Position numbers and translations under genes: made by a program. From Cyanophora paradoxa CCMP329 (taxonomy: Eukaryota; Plantae; Glaucophyta): DNA of 45,389 bases. This document shows positions 43,821-45,389 of the stretch, piece after piece. The notes below the pieces were generated by a model. The model was not told the DNA's origin, did not search any database, and saw nothing but the letters and a program-made list of their open reading frames with translations. The first letter of the stretch is position 1. Each line of letters starts with the position of its first letter. The stretch covers positions 1 to 45,389 of the forward strand of contig QPMI01000042.1 in assembly GCA_004431415.1 (NCBI GenBank), written 5' to 3'.

Positions 43821-45389
43821 ATGGACAGGAACAATCTGAGAGCGGAAATTCGGAGCCTTGCGCAGGAGCTACACACTCTTAGGTACATTAACGGAACATA
43901 TTTGAACACACTGTTGCGGCTAGCTGACCCACAGAGGGGAACCCACACACAAAATCTTCGAGCAAATCTAGCGACATTGCTCAGACTTAGGCAGACGAAC
44001 CGGCCGCAGCGCGCCTTTGTACGAGGCATGGATAACAAGACATTTTGATAGCGAACGCAATGCTCGAATTGCAACCACGCGAGAGTTTGATGATATTGTT
44101 GAGTATGGGATCTCGAATTTGTTTCGCGAGAGTGGTCGAGGCGATACCGTGTTAAATTATGCCCACTATGCATATCCGGGGTTGTTATTTACCAAGGATG
44201 TTTGGATATTGAACCGACTCCAATGCCTGAGCGTGTGAAAGAGATCACGATCGTGTTTCTGATAGAGCTGCGAGTGCCAGAGAGGATTGGATCAAGCGTC
44301 CTAATTCGCTTTCATTTCGATAACTTTCGCATGTATCGCACTCAACTTGCAACAATCGAAAAGGGCACAATGCACTCGCTGTTGTCAAACTTGGCTGAAA
44401 AGATGGAACAATGGATGCTAGCGCAACAGCCATACGAAGACAATGACCTCTGGCCAGTAGTGAAAATAGAGGTGCTAATTGCAGAGAACGCTGCAGGTGC
44501 ACTGGGAAACGTTCCAAAGCTCCCATTCAACGGCAAAGCCCTGACCATGAATAAGATCTACTGTCCGATTTCACCAGAGGACAACTGCGTGTTAGAGTGC
44601 TTTGAATATGTAAAGCTGAACCCTGGACGAATAAGCCTAGATCGTATTTACAAGCAGCTTCAGAGATTGGACTATGGAGGAATTAGAACACAGCTAGGAC
44701 TGCAGCGAGGAATGATATCAGTTGATGTGCCGACAATAAATACGCTGAGCGCTTTTTACAGGATAGACACCAGCGTTTTTGAGTTTTCGCAAGGAAAGTT
44801 CAAGCCGCTTTTTGCAACCGATCTAGGATTGAAAAACGTGCTCACCTTTGCATTGTCGATGCGCACTGCTACCTGATTAAGGATAAAAGAACGACTGAAA
44901 TGGAGAAGCAACGCCTGCGGAAAATGCAGTTGGAACTGGAAAGGCACAAAGGTAACCTGTCAGTTTTGTACTAGGTGTCGTTGCGCCTACAATCCAGTTG
45001 AAGATCACACAAACAAATGCGTTGCGGCCATCAGAAACAAAGGTGTCATTGGAAGAAAGATCACCCCTTGCGAGAAGGAGAGTGAATTTACGGCTATGGA
45101 GAGCGTGATAGGGGCGGACTTTGAAACATTTCCTTGCGATGGCAAAACCCACGTTCCTTATGCTGTTGACACAGACATAATTTGCAAGGGCGAAATTGTA
45201 GGGACCAAGATGTTCTACGGTCCTGAAACATTAAATCAATTTATGCAATGGCTGGATGATTGGGCAGAGAAGACCACAGTAGTATTTTACAACGGTGCGG
45301 GTTTTGATCTGATATTCATATACCGATGGCTGATAGAGAATCGGCCAGACAGCCAGGTGAACGTCATGCGCTCCTCGGGCAAGATTAAG
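43821..45389 (+). CDS. Protein-primed DNA polymerase B, N-terminal part, frameshifted, runs off window
   Basis: DNCVLECF, AHCYLI, FCTRC...H...C, Exo I VIGADFET, HVPYAV, FYGPETLNQF, Exo II FYNGAGFD (manual translation of ~44965-45389). Confidence 0.85.

Larger units (their letters stand above)
43070..45389. mobile_element. Left part of Polinton-like element D (left boundary approximate, truncated by window end)
   Basis: Drop in GC, repeat-rich leader, then an intronless pPolB gene. Confidence 0.7.

Noticed and set aside
1-45389. tRNA, rRNA or host species assignment
   Set aside because: No RNA gene recognised by eye and no marker allows naming the host

Overview
Eukaryotic (probably protist) genomic DNA that is a hotspot of integrated small dsDNA viruses. 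The centrepiece is an apparently complete ~26.7 kb Polinton-like virus (element C, 6954-33665) bounded by ~1.1 kb terminal inverted repeats. It encodes a protein-primed family B DNA polymerase with a degenerate proofreading domain, an rve integrase, a Prim-Pol/D5 primase-helicase, an A32-type packaging ATPase, a double jelly-roll major capsid protein, two head-to-head penton-like genes, a patatin-discoidin protein, a ~2000 aa phage-like fibre, two paralogous short fibres, a RING finger and an S-adenosylmethionine decarboxylase. No maturation protease was recognised. Element C is strongly CpG-depleted in a CpG-rich host. It interrupts the pPolB gene of another element (B). The window also holds the right end of a related virus (A, 1-2253) with the same end architecture, and the start of a fourth element (D, ~43070-end) with a different pPolB. 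Host DNA includes a BTB/BACK fragment, two TA-flanked MITEs, micro-palindrome-rich spacers and a multi-exon WD40 membrane-protein gene. Many genes carry single-base frameshifts that look like long-read errors, so intact versus pseudogene status cannot be settled. All assignments are from by-eye motif recognition and manual translation; no searches were run.
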